A program made the translations under genes and the position numbers. Under the pieces are notes generated by a model, which saw only the letters and a list, made by a program, of their open reading frames with translations, had not been told where the DNA came from and made no database searches. A stretch of 64,000 bases of DNA from Candidatus Bathyarchaeota archaeon (lineage in GTDB: Archaea; Thermoproteota; Bathyarchaeia; Bathyarchaeales; Bathyarchaeaceae): assembly GCA_963697165.1 (NCBI GenBank), contig CAVOMX010000011.1, positions 96,001 through 160,000 of the forward strand, read 5' to 3'. Shown here piece by piece: positions 54,432 through 64,000 of this stretch (position 1 is its first letter; the number at the start of each line of letters is the position of its first letter).

Positions 54432-55337
54432 TTACTTGAGTATCATCTGCGTGAACATTTCAGGCTCAAAAGCCTTCAAGTCCTCATAGGTCTGTCCCAC
54501 TCCAATGAAGATAATGGGTTTTCCAGTTACGTGAGCCACACTCAGGGATGCCCCGCCCTTAACATCAGCATCAACCTTCGTCAGTATGGTTCCGTCAACG
54601 TTTACGCTCTTATGAAACTCCTCCGCCTGCAGCACCGCATCGTTTCCTATGAGCGCATCAATAACCAAAATCGTCAAGTCTGGATTTACAACCCGCTTTA
54701 TCTTAGCAAGCTCGCTCATTAGATTCCTGTCAGTCTGAATACGCCCCGCAGTGTCAATCAAAACCACATTTATTCCCCGAGACTGAGCATGACTAATAGT
54801 GTCATACGCCACAGCCGCAGGATCAGCACCATACTTATGCTTAATCATACGCACGCCTAATCTCTTAGAGTGCTCCTCAAGCTGCTCTATAGAACCGGGA
54901 CGGTAAGTATCACTGCCAGAAAGCACAACAGAGTAGCCATTATTCATCAGAAACTTTGTAACCTTAGCTATGCTGGTGGTTTTGCCGGTTCCGTTGATTC
55001 CCACAAAAAGAATTGTATAGGGCTCCTTTGTCTTCCTCTTCTGCTCAATTCTATCAAGCAGATTGATTTCTTCTTTTGTCGTCAAAATCTCAATTAAGAC
55101 ATCATGAAGGGTCTCCTTCACAAGATCTTTACGGTCGCCAAGCCGCTTCACCTGAGCTCCGTCGAGCCGCTTCTCCAGCTCATCGGTTATGTAATAGGCT
55201 ACGGGTACCGCAACATCGTTTTCGATAAGATTAAGCCTGAATTCGTCTAAAATGGGACGCAGCTTTTCTGCTTTCAGCTCAGTTACTACAATCTTGCTGA
55301 CGGCGTTGCTAAGCCCCTTTCTTAGCCTGTCGAACAC
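54432..55337 (-). CDS. ftsY: SRP receptor FtsY
   Basis: GINGTGKTT, DTYR, DTAGR, TKVD. Confidence 0.97.
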   Translation of the reverse strand: MFDRLRKGLSNAVSKIVVTELKAEKLRPILDEFRLNLIENDVAVPVAYYITDELEKRLDGAQVKRLGDRKDLVKETLHDVLIEILTTKEEINLLDRIEQKRKTKEPYTILFVGINGTGKTTSIAKVTKFLMNNGYSVVLSGSDTYRPGSIEQLEEHSKRLGVRMIKHKYGADPAAVAYDTISHAQSRGINVVLIDTAGRIQTDRNLMSELAKIKRVVNPDLTILVIDALIGNDAVLQAEEFHKSVNVDGTILTKVDADVKGGASLSVAHVTGKPIIFIGVGQTYEDLKAFEPEMFTQMILK

Positions 55338-55770
55338 CTGTCTGCTCTCCTTCTCTCAGCTTCGCCGAAACATCTTCCATTCTGGCTCGATTTTCCTGAA
55401 TTCTACCAACAACCTGATTAAACTGCTGCCCCAAAGCCTCCCTCGTCTTCTCAAGCTCAGCTATACGTGCTTCTAGTTCCACTTTGGCTTCCTTAAATGT
55501 CCGTTCAACAGCAACATCCGCGCCTATACCCACAACAACATTTTCTGGGGTCTCCAGCTTAGCTTTAATATAAGAGCCTCCGCCAACAGGAACAAAAAGC
55601 TGTGCACCTTTCTTCTCCTTCTCCAAACCTTCAAGGGTCATGCTTGAAACTTTCAGTTCGTTTACCGCAGAGTTTGTCATGCTGAGTCTGGACTGCAACT
55701 CGTTAATTGTTTCTTCTAGGAAACGCGACTCCATAACTAATCTACGAAAGACCTCTTCGTCACTGGACAG
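55309..55770 (-). CDS. pfdA: Prefoldin alpha subunit (probable CTG start)
   Basis: VPVGGGSYIKA..VVVGIGA; conserved position before ftsY. Confidence 0.92.
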   Translation of the reverse strand: MSSDEEVFRRLVMESRFLEETINELQSRLSMTNSAVNELKVSSMTLEGLEKEKKGAQLFVPVGGGSYIKAKLETPENVVVGIGADVAVERTFKEAKVELEARIAELEKTREALGQQFNQVVGRIQENRARMEDVSAKLREGEQTGVRQAKKGA

Positions 55771-56014
55771 ACTCTTCCGCTCCTTGAGTCAACTTCTTCA
55801 TTATGTTGTCTTCAATATCCTCAAGAGCTATCTCCTCTACCTTGGAGATTTTCATCTGGAAGCGTTTGACTCTATGTTTGCTTCCTAACAGCATGTAGAC
55901 CTTCTCTACTGCATCCTCCGGCTTCAAGGCTCTAACCTCTTTCCGGAAGTCTGTTTGAAAATTGGGTTTCCTGATTTTTCCTATAACTCGAAAAACTTTT
56001 ACTTCATTCATCAT
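55760..56014 (-). CDS. rpl18a: Ribosomal protein L18a/LX
   Basis: KVFRVIG..FRKEVRA..EKVY..LGSKHRVKR. Confidence 0.93.
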   Translation of the reverse strand: MMNEVKVFRVIGKIRKPNFQTDFRKEVRALKPEDAVEKVYMLLGSKHRVKRFQMKISKVEEIALEDIEDNIMKKLTQGAEESVQ

Positions 56015-56685
56015 TACTTCACCACATCAAGTGCTTGTCCAATTATGAACATTTCGGGTCCAGTAGTTAACAGACCCACCAGAGCCCCAGTACTATTACC
56101 TATAAGACCTGTGGAAACATAAGGTATTCCACAATTAATGGTTCCAACATCAACAGGAACCTTCAACACATCATTTAACACTTTTCGTTCCTCCTCTTTA
56201 AGCAAAGGATGAGCCAACACACCCTTATTTGTAGCAGTTGCAAGCGACCCAACATACGGTAGCCCAGCTATCTCAGTGGGAACCACTTCAACTCCCAAGG
56301 TCTCCTCGATCTTATTCATGTCTTCTCTTTCCATCCTAGGATGAACCACGGCGCCTTTGTCGTTAGCCAAGACCATGTTTCCGTAGGCTGTTCTCTTCGT
56401 GTCCATAACAGTCACGTTAATGTCAGCGACTGATTTAATGGCTTTGACCTCCTCTTCCGTGGCAAACGAGGAAAGGACAACGCCGTTAGAATTGGAACAG
56501 GCTAGTGCGCCCACGACTAATGATTTACCCACTGTAGTGGCAACGACTTTTACTTTCAACCATTCCTCAACCTTTTGTCGCTTAGTTTCTGGAACCTGTG
56601 GGGGAATAATTGCGATTTTATCGTTGACAAGTGAGTAAACTCCTATGCTTGCGTTACCAAACAAATCAAAGAGAAAAAGCGGCAA
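56014..56685 (-). CDS. eif6: Translation initiation factor aIF-6
   Basis: IGVY, NSNG, GNMVLANDKG, GTINCG. Confidence 0.95.
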   Translation of the reverse strand: MPLFLFDLFGNASIGVYSLVNDKIAIIPPQVPETKRQKVEEWLKVKVVATTVGKSLVVGALACSNSNGVVLSSFATEEEVKAIKSVADINVTVMDTKRTAYGNMVLANDKGAVVHPRMEREDMNKIEETLGVEVVPTEIAGLPYVGSLATATNKGVLAHPLLKEEERKVLNDVLKVPVDVGTINCGIPYVSTGLIGNSTGALVGLLTTGPEMFIIGQALDVVK

Positions 56686-56688
56686 ATG

Positions 56689-57187
56689 CTAGTCTCCTTC
56701 AGCAAGAAGAACAGTCACTACCCCTTCCTTGTCTTTAACAACACGGACTCTGATTCTTCTAGGCGGCTTCTCGATTCCTCTGCTCCAAAGTTTTTCGTTA
56801 ACTTCATTAGATATGACTAGCCTCTCTGCCTCTTCCTCTTCGTCGTCGTAAGTTTCAGTGCGGACCTTCATGTGCTTTATCACAAAACTTTTTACAACTC
56901 TTGCAGCTTTCGGAGCACGTTTCTTTCGTGGGGACAATCCAAACCTTTCTTAGAGGAATCGTGTAGAACCTTTCCTCAACAATGTCCTCTTCCTCTAACT
57001 CTTTTTCTTTCTTTTTGCTCCGCTCTTTTGCTTCTACGAAGTCTTCTTCGTCCTCAACTTCTTCGTCTTCGAGTTCCTCATCCTCTTCCGCGGGAACCTC
57101 AGAATCTGACTCTTCTTCTGTCTCCTCAGTTTCCACTTCTACTTCTTCTTCCTCTTCTTCAGTAATCTCATCAACAGGTTTTTCCAT
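56689..57187 (-). CDS. rpl31e: Ribosomal protein L31e with acidic N-terminal extension (1-nt insertion near 56931)
   Basis: ERFYTIPLR in one frame; PRKKRAPKA..VNEKLWSRGIEKPPRRIRV in the other. Confidence 0.9.
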
Positions 57188-57198
57188 CTGATTTTCCC

Positions 57199-57354
57199 TC
57201 AAGCCTTTATCTTTCTCTGTCGCCAGCGTCTCCGCTTCGGATTAGATCTAACTTGTCCACCTGTTTTGGCTATAACCCATGTTGGAACAGGTTTCTTCTG
57301 TTTTCCAGCCTTAGCAAGCCTTAATTTTTTGGCGGTTGGTTTGTTTCTTGCCGT
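57199..57354 (-). CDS. rpl39e: Ribosomal protein L39e (ACG start)
   Basis: (M)[38 protein letters not shown], 51 aa; conserved gene order. Confidence 0.93.
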   Translation of the reverse strand, partial: TARNKPTAKKLRLAKAGKQKKPVPTWVIAKTGGQVRSNPKRRRWRQRKIKA

Positions 57355-57357
57355 CTT

Positions 57358-57687
57358 TTATACTCTCCTAATTGTGTAATCTCTTTTGCCTGACTGAAGC
57401 TTCACAAGAAGCTCTTTCAGCTGCTCGTCAGTTATTGGAAGGTTTATTCTCCCCTGCTGAGCCAACTGAATCAACTGCAGTTCAAGCTGTTGAGTGAATT
57501 CTGGTTTAACCATGTTCAAGTTTGTGAGGCGTCTCCTAGCTTCAGGAGTGAGCATTCTGCGAAGCAAAGCTTGTTTTTGTCCCTCAAGTTGCTGCTGCGC
57601 TTGATTTTGTCTCTGCTCTTCAACCATCCTCTGCTGCAACTCAAGCATCCTCCTTTTTCTGAGGCCTTCAAGTTCTTCTTCGCTCAC
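57358..57687 (-). CDS. PDCD5-like DNA-binding protein
   Basis: LTPEARRRLTNL.MVKPE..LIQLAQ.G. Confidence 0.93.
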   Translation of the reverse strand: MSEEELEGLRKRRMLELQQRMVEEQRQNQAQQQLEGQKQALLRRMLTPEARRRLTNLNMVKPEFTQQLELQLIQLAQQGRINLPITDEQLKELLVKLQSGKRDYTIRRV

Positions 57688-57698
57688 TCTTCACACCC

Positions 57699-58154
57699 TT
57701 AATATTTTGCGAGTTCGGGTTGAGTTTTTTCCAGTTCCCTTTTCAGTTCCGTGGATAGCCGGTCTAGCAGCTGTCGCCCCTCACTTGTTACTATTCTTCC
57801 TTCGGTTCTTTGAGGTCTAACAAGACCTGCTTTTTGAAGTTGCTGAATAGCATTTCTAACTATGGCGCCGCTTCCTTTGCTGGCATGTTCGGGTTTTGCT
57901 CCTCCGTCTAACCTGCCGCCGTATTCTTGGCGGAGCTTCTCGATGCCAATAGGCCCTTTAACATAGATTTTACGTATAATAGAGGCGCATCGAACGAACC
58001 ACCAGTCAGGGTTAGTGGGTGGTCTCTGAGCGTGAACGCCAGTTTTGGCGAATTTGGACCATACGGGTGGAGTTATTTCATCCACTTCATCTTTCAGATG
58101 CTTAGCTAATCTATCGATAAGAACTGATGCAGGAATATCGTAAGGTGTCGGCAA
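57699..58154 (-). CDS. rps19e: Ribosomal protein S19e
   Basis: KTGVH..PDWWFVRCASI.RK.Y..GP.G..YGG..GSGAI.R. Confidence 0.97.
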   Translation of the reverse strand: MPTPYDIPASVLIDRLAKHLKDEVDEITPPVWSKFAKTGVHAQRPPTNPDWWFVRCASIIRKIYVKGPIGIEKLRQEYGGRLDGGAKPEHASKGSGAIVRNAIQQLQKAGLVRPQRTEGRIVTSEGRQLLDRLSTELKRELEKTQPELAKY

Positions 58155-58254
58155 GGCTTTCTTCTTCCTAATTTTCCTTCACTAAGGGAAAAGGAATGTC
58201 TTATATTAGTTTCGTGGTTAGCGAAAACCAACTTCATGTAACTTGATATAGAGT

Positions 58255-58533
58255 TTACTGTTTTTTCTTGCGTTTGAAGAGCAAAAATGTGTGCCCGCGC
58301 ACATCAACTAACTCCGACTCTGTCTGTTCCGCAACCTGTGCTGCAATAATTTTTGCTTCTTCTTCCTGTAACGCGGTTTTCAGTATTTTTACTTTGATTA
58401 TCTCTCTTGCGTCAAGCTGCTTTGCAATTTCGCCTATACTCTGGGCTGTTACGCCCTCTTTTCCAATCCACACTGTTGGCTTCTCGGCGCCTAGTGCAGC
58501 TTTTATTCGGCGCTTCATTTTTTGCGTTAACAC
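58255..58533 (-). CDS. YhbY/CRM RNA-binding protein
   Basis: PTVWIGKEGV..EIIKVKIL..RGHT. Confidence 0.9.
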   Translation of the reverse strand: MLTQKMKRRIKAALGAEKPTVWIGKEGVTAQSIGEIAKQLDAREIIKVKILKTALQEEEAKIIAAQVAEQTESELVDVRGHTFLLFKRKKKQ

Positions 58534-58841
58534 TGCTTTTCCCCGCCTTTTAGTGGAATACGGGAGTGTCCGCCGCAATTTAAGCATGTTATCACCATGT
58601 GAGGTTCCCTTCTCTGCTGTATTCTGATACGACAATTTACGCCCGGCAAGATAAAGCTTTTACATTTGCTGCAAACGAGGCTTCTATATTCTTTGGGGAG
58701 CCTCAGTCTGGTTCTCATGGCTATTTTTCGTGCAATCTGGACATAACGTTGTGCCCGTTCTGGGTCTTCATGAATTACTTCTTTGGCTAACTGAAAGAGC
58801 GTGTGAACACGTTTTAGGGCAATCTGTTTCGGGGAACTCAT
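58527..58841 (-). CDS. rnp4: RNase P protein component 4 (Rpp21)
   Basis: RYV..ARKI..CSKC..PGVNCRIR..TCLNCG. Confidence 0.92.
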   Translation of the reverse strand: MSSPKQIALKRVHTLFQLAKEVIHEDPERAQRYVQIARKIAMRTRLRLPKEYRSLVCSKCKSFILPGVNCRIRIQQRREPHMVITCLNCGGHSRIPLKGGEKQC

Positions 58842-58885
58842 CGCAGATAACAATCCTATGTGGTGTGCATTAAGTTTTGTGAGGT

Positions 58886-60095
58886 TTATAATATGAGGTA
58901 AGTTATGAGTGCCGCAATTATTGAAATGGTTGTTGCGGGTATCAAATATTTGTAGCTCTTGTTTATTGGCGACTTGAAGTATTGGGCAGTGAAAACTAAG
59001 CACAAGTGTGTTGGGGCAATCAGGTAGCCAAGATAGGCTGAAATGTAGAGTAGGCTCGCGGTTTTAGGAATGAACGCAATGGTTTCGGCTAGGATTGGAA
59101 CACTTAATGCAACTGCCCCGGAGGGGGAGCCAAGAAGAAGTCCTAGAACTGCGGGTACAGGCTGAAATTATTATGATTGCGGGCATGTTAGTGTTTGCTA
59201 ATGTGTTGCCGATGATTTCTGAGGCGCCAGACGCTAAGGTAACGTTTTTGAGAAGTAACGCGCCAAAAGCAGCCAAAGTTACTTCCCATACTGCTTTGTT
59301 TTTCAGAGTTTTTGGGAATACTGCTGCCTTTTTTGTGATAAGTAGAATTGTGGCTACTCCCACAAGTGTTGCGATTGTTATGTTCACATTTAATGCCGCT
59401 GTCAAAACAACTGTGATGATTATCGGCAAAAAAGAAGTTAGTAACCGTTTGAGGTTGGATTTCTGATTTGCTTCTGTTTTTGTGTTATCTGTTTTGGGGT
59501 CTCGAGTTTTTCTTAGTCCTATGAAATAGCCGACTGCAATCATAACAATCACTACAAAGACTTGTCTGCCGATGAGCATGTCTATGCTGGTTTGGGTCAA
59601 TGCAGCTGTTAAGATAATGAACTGGCTCACAGGATAAACGGGTATAATGGCGTGCCTAAACCAGATGTTTATGAAAGTTTTCTTTGATTCATCAAGTCCC
59701 AACTTGTCTGCTTCCGCATCCACCATGGGCGCCGACATTAAGGCTCCTCCAGCAACAGGTAAAAGTCCGATAACCGCTGGAAGCAAACTAACTATTACTT
59801 TCGAATTTTTGATTAATCCGCCCAAGCTTCTGGTTAAATCATCAACCAGTCCTGTTTCTTTGTAGAGGATACTCAGGAGCATAATGAAGAAGCTGGCGAA
59901 AACCAACGTCAAAGTTACGGGATCTAGGCAAGTTTCCAGCAATACTGTTCCTGTTTCAGAGATTCCAAGGGATAGAAAGCTCATCAGAAACGCTGAGGCA
60001 ATCAGTGAGATGCCTAAGCCAACTTTTCGATACAGTAATACAACCAAGAGGATGATCGAAATAACGAAAACAAGCAGAGGATTAAAGAAACTCAC
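58886..60095 (-). CDS. DUF401 membrane protein (frameshift near 59160)
   Basis: PAVIGLLPVAGGALMSAP, NIWFRH; continuation PAVLG..GYLIAPTHLCL in another frame. Confidence 0.85.
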
Positions 60096-60190
60096 ATGAA
60101 ATACTTCCACATGTCCGAAACAGAATACCTGTTTCTCAACTAAAAAGTTAATCCCCCACAAACATTTAAGGCAGCGGTTTTGCTGTTTTG

Positions 60191-60598
60191 TTATGTGCTT
60201 AGTTCTGTTGCCATTCTTTTTATTTGCTGTTCATTCTCCAATAGCCGCTTGTAATCTGTGAAGTTGTTTATTGCCCGTAAGAAGAGCATGGTCTCCATTT
60301 TCTTTTTGTTTACACAATAAACGAAGTGGATTTTCTCCTGTTTTGCTCTAAAAACCAAGGTTCCATCAAAGCTTTTTTCGAATTTGTGGAGTTCATGAAA
60401 CTCAAGATTTTGGCAATCAAGAATCATTTTGACTACAGAATCTACTCGTTTCTTGTCTCTTCCTAGGTCTATGAAGAACTTTTTGTGGACAACCGCATTT
60501 TTTATGAAGGGTCTAACCGTCATGAAGAGGCTGCTACAGTTTCGGCAGAATTCCCTCTTTCTGCCGCAGGGGTTATCTAGTTCCAAGTACGGTTCCAT
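60191..60598 (-). CDS. Hypothetical protein with Cys-rich N-terminus and RelE-like C-terminal pattern
   Basis: C-x6-CxxC; VFRAK..HFVYCV..LFLRA. Confidence 0.55.
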   Translation of the reverse strand: MEPYLELDNPCGRKREFCRNCSSLFMTVRPFIKNAVVHKKFFIDLGRDKKRVDSVVKMILDCQNLEFHELHKFEKSFDGTLVFRAKQEKIHFVYCVNKKKMETMLFLRAINNFTDYKRLLENEQQIKRMATELST

Positions 60599-60695
60599 AT
60601 CGTAACATAGGGTCGTTAACAGAAATAAGTTCTTTGATGCAAAAAATAGAAACTCATAAGTTTTAGCGACTGGAACATTATAGTTAGTGTAGAAT

Positions 60696-61574
60696 GTGAA
60701 AAAGCTCGCATTAGCCTTCATTCTGTTGCTGAATATATGTTCAATTTTGTTTCTTGCTTCTTTCCAGACCGAAGCACAAACCGAGTACTCCATAGAGGTT
60801 AGAAGCTACACATGGGACAAGACAAACATAAGCGTCAGCATACTTCCACAAGAGAACAAATCTTGGTGGAAACCATTCTACCTCAATGCAGTGCTTAACG
60901 GCATAACCCAATGGAACGACGCAATAAACGAGTTCGCATCCAACCACACAACTTTTTCGTATGTCTCACAGGTCCGTCTGGTTCCAACAATAAGTTATGA
61001 AAACGTTTCAGGCTTCGACGTCTACATCGGATGGATAGCAGAGTGCGGAAGCGAAGCAACAATAGGGCAATCTAAGATTACAGCGAAGTCACCATGCATC
61101 GCAACTGACGGAACAGTATGTCTTGCCGCAAAATCCCCAAGCGGTCATGTAATGACAGAAGTTGACATGCAAAACATTATTGTCCACGAATTGGGGCACA
61201 CCCTTGGGCTGTCGCATTGCAATTACTCTAGCGACGTCATGTACCCCACCGTCTATTACCGAGACACTGTTAAACCGCTTTCCTCGCTTAACCTCTATGC
61301 GGTCTCCCAAATTTTTGAATGGATACCAAATTCATCGCAGTCCAGTTCTTCAATCACGTGCTCTGAGGAGTCTGTGGTGACTATGCCATCAAGCATCAGT
61401 TACAATTACTTTCAGATAGCCGCAGAAAATCTTCCAGTTTCTCAGCCTCAGAACCTCACCGAATATGTTATCGGACTGTTTAAGCGCCCAGAAACATTAA
61501 CAGCCCTCTTAGTTGGTGTGACCCTGATTGCCGCTACGACGATATTCCTTAAACGAAAAAAGAAGCCACAATAA
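60696..61574 (+). CDS. Matrixin (M10) metallopeptidase, membrane anchored
   Basis: Signal peptide, HELGHTLGLSH, Met-turn DVMYP, C-terminal TM plus KRKKK. Confidence 0.9.
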   Translation: MKKLALAFILLLNICSILFLASFQTEAQTEYSIEVRSYTWDKTNISVSILPQENKSWWKPFYLNAVLNGITQWNDAINEFASNHTTFSYVSQVRLVPTISYENVSGFDVYIGWIAECGSEATIGQSKITAKSPCIATDGTVCLAAKSPSGHVMTEVDMQNIIVHELGHTLGLSHCNYSSDVMYPTVYYRDTVKPLSSLNLYAVSQIFEWIPNSSQSSSSITCSEESVVTMPSSISYNYFQIAAENLPVSQPQNLTEYVIGLFKRPETLTALLVGVTLIAATTIFLKRKKKPQ

Positions 61575-62112
61575 TTTGAGTTAACCTAGAATGTATCTCC
61601 AAAATATTGGAGCAACAAAGTTTGTTAAGAACACAAGACTCCACATTCTTCCTTTGATTATGTTATAGTGGGCGATTAGGCGGCTCCATGGATGTTCTAT
61701 GATGTAGTGACCGAAACCAAACTTGAAAAATAGAGTTATCGTCAACCAGAAGGTAACAATCTACAGCAAATCGATTTCTGTCACCATTGATTCTACTCCA
61801 TCAACGAACAGGTAAGGTTATTGCCAGAGTGTAAGCAACCGCAATAAATGAGCTGCTAACGTGCCCGCTGTATTCACCAAGTTTCGGCGCTAGAACAAGA
61901 AACACAAGCCACACTTCAGTAGCATACACAAGCATCATAAAATCCAATTTTGGAGCCTTCCCTGATTCTCGTTAATAACACTTGAGTTTGACAACCAAAC
62001 ATAACAGTATACCTTACTATACACACAGTTTTTTTCAGTTCTGCAAGAAAAAGAGAAAATAGTATCTTAAGCTTTTTATCACAACATAATGAACCTAATC
62101 TAAGGGTCAAGT

Positions 62113-62811
62113 TTGCTCACGTTCATATTGTCTGAGGCTGCACTCGAAATGGTTCCAGAAGAGTTATGGAGCCACCCCGCTGTCAGGCGACACTCGAAAA
62201 GACAACACAAGCCTCCGCAGCAAATTCTTCTGGACAGATCGCTTCATCACTTAGCCATGATGCGCCTAGACAACAACGAGAAGAGAGGACGCCCAGACAT
62301 AACCCATTTTGCCCTGCTTGAAGCCCTAGGTTCACCCCTCAACAAAGAAGGACTACTCCAAGTATACGTTCACACCAACAAGGACTATGTCATCAAAATT
62401 AATCCTGCGGCTAGGCTGCCCAGAAACTACAGCCGCTTCATCGGACTCATAGAACAGCTATTCCAGCAAGGAAAGGTCCCAATTGAAGAAGAAACCCTTC
62501 TCACGTTGGAGCAAAAAACTTTGAAGCAGCTCCTCGCCGAAACAAAACCCGACTACGTTATGGCATTCAGCAGAGAAGGCAAACCGAAAACAATTCAAGA
62601 CGCAGTTTCCACCCTACAAGTAAAGCAGAGCCCGGCAGTGATTGTCGGCGGGTTTGCCCATGGTCACTTGTCAGAAACTACGGTTCAGTTGGCGGACGAG
62701 GTTGTCTGTATGGATTCGGAGATGCTTGAAGCGTGGACTATAACTTCGAGGCTAATCTACGAGTATGAACGGTCTTTGTCGTTGCCTACGAAGAGGCTTA
62801 ACAAGCGTTGA
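62113..62811 (+). CDS. nep1: Nep1/Emg1 16S rRNA pseudouridine methyltransferase
   Basis: RGRPDITH, SPLNKEG, RLPRNY.RF.GL.EQL, GGFAHG. Confidence 0.95.
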   Translation: MLTFILSEAALEMVPEELWSHPAVRRHSKRQHKPPQQILLDRSLHHLAMMRLDNNEKRGRPDITHFALLEALGSPLNKEGLLQVYVHTNKDYVIKINPAARLPRNYSRFIGLIEQLFQQGKVPIEEETLLTLEQKTLKQLLAETKPDYVMAFSREGKPKTIQDAVSTLQVKQSPAVIVGGFAHGHLSETTVQLADEVVCMDSEMLEAWTITSRLIYEYERSLSLPTKRLNKR

Positions 62812-63049
62812 CTATAGTTTTGTTAGCAATTGTTTTCTGAAAATCAGTCTGTTCACAATAATAAGCATGATTTTGGTTGTGAAGTTCACACTTCTGAGTT
62901 TAATCATGTTCGAACCTCATCGTAGCGCTGCAGTTGTCAAATAAGTGAATGTCTCTAAACAGCGCCTCAATTAATTTCCTTGTAGCTCACTCTACTTAAG
63001 AGTTATTTACCATCCTGCAAGAAGGCTAAAGCAAATTCTCACAACAAAG

Positions 63050-63958
63050 TTATATAGTTACTAACCAAGTTCCTGCAAACATTAAGACTATTGCAAAAAT
63101 TTTTAATGTAACCACATTTCTGCTTATCTCTTCTTTGAGAAGGGTAGGCACAAACAAACTCAGTAAAAGCATGTAAACGAAAACAAAAAAGTGTTGCAAG
63201 CCCGACAATGCAGAAACTAAAGATACGTAACCCAAAGATGTGGCTATCAACGAAAATATTGTGCCCAGAACGTATGTTCCTTCTCCTAAAAGAGCAACAC
63301 AAAATGTTCGTTTTCCAAGAAGCGGAACCGTTTCAACAAATTCTTTGCGTGGCTTACTAAAACATAGCATAAACAGGACGCCAAAACAGGAGCCAATCAT
63401 CATCCAAAAGAACACTGACCAGTAGTCCAAGTAGCCAAGGAGATACTTGTTCAAAACAGTGTATACAGCAAGAATTATGCTAAAAGGAATCATCAACTTA
63501 AACGCAGAAGACAAAGACTTTCCACTCTCAGACTTCCTATATGAAATCAGTATCGAAGTCAGCACTATCAAAGCAACCCCCAAATATTTAGGGACACCAA
63601 GAATTTCATCCAGAAACATGACTGACAAGAAAACAACGAATAGGGGTATAAACTGGAACAGCGGAGTAATCCGGGATATCTCCTCAACCATAAGGGCTTT
63701 AGTGTAAAACCAAAAGGCAAACAACGGCAATACACCAATAGCCATAGCAAAAAGAACATACGGGAACTCGAAACTAACAGAACTAGTCGCACAAACGATG
63801 CTGGCAAAAATCAAATCTACAAAATTCAGGTAAACTGCGATAGAAAAATAGCTATGAAACTTTTTGGTCATCAGAAACTTGTTAACAACATTATTCAATC
63901 CCCAGAATGCGGGAGACAACAAAGCAAACACTAGCCAATCCATTGTTACACCAAACAA
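63050..63958 (-). CDS. EamA/DMT transporter
   Basis: About ten TM segments in two repeats; FLDE..KYLG. Confidence 0.85.
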   Translation of the reverse strand: MFGVTMDWLVFALLSPAFWGLNNVVNKFLMTKKFHSYFSIAVYLNFVDLIFASIVCATSSVSFEFPYVLFAMAIGVLPLFAFWFYTKALMVEEISRITPLFQFIPLFVVFLSVMFLDEILGVPKYLGVALIVLTSILISYRKSESGKSLSSAFKLMIPFSIILAVYTVLNKYLLGYLDYWSVFFWMMIGSCFGVLFMLCFSKPRKEFVETVPLLGKRTFCVALLGEGTYVLGTIFSLIATSLGYVSLVSALSGLQHFFVFVYMLLLSLFVPTLLKEEISRNVVTLKIFAIVLMFAGTWLVTI

Positions 63959-64000
63959 AAACAGTTAACCTACAAAGTTGCAAATAACCTTTCAGAAACC

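Noticed and set aside
57355..57360. Stop-codon readthrough fusing PDCD5 to L39e (same frame)
   Set aside because: TAA is a poor readthrough codon, and L39e must be small to line the exit tunnel; ACG initiation is more parsimonious

Overview
Archaeal chromosomal window. The archaeal signatures are TBP, Dph5, aIF-6, rpS19e/L31e/L39e/L18a, Rpp21, Nep1 and a BHB-intron tRNA; gene content suggests Bathyarchaeia (inference). It is mostly housekeeping and amino-acid biosynthesis: cimA-ilvB-ilvH, ilvC, ilvD, cysK, a complete hisZGDC-[HAD]-BHAF-IE operon, trpY/trpB2, argF, nadE, nrdJ, ileS and a ribosomal/ftsY cluster, with short AT-rich accessory patches. Main observations: (1) a GC-rich leader with mutually exclusive SD/anti-SD folds upstream of queT, a candidate archaeal riboswitch; (2) several conserved genes that appear to need near-cognate start codons (ACG, ATA, CTG) right after an upstream stop; (3) an AbrB+ACT regulator with a candidate operator divergent from the his operon; (4) apparent in-situ replacement of the native ilvC by an inverted bacterial-type ilvC; (5) tRNA-Lys with a 30/31 intron; (6) a HAD enzyme filling the histidinol-phosphatase gap; (7) a minimal archaeal GH3 protein. 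Single-base frameshifts in hisD, rpl31e and DUF401 suggest residual indel errors in the assembly, so frameshift-based claims are caveated. All family calls are from motif recognition, not database searches.
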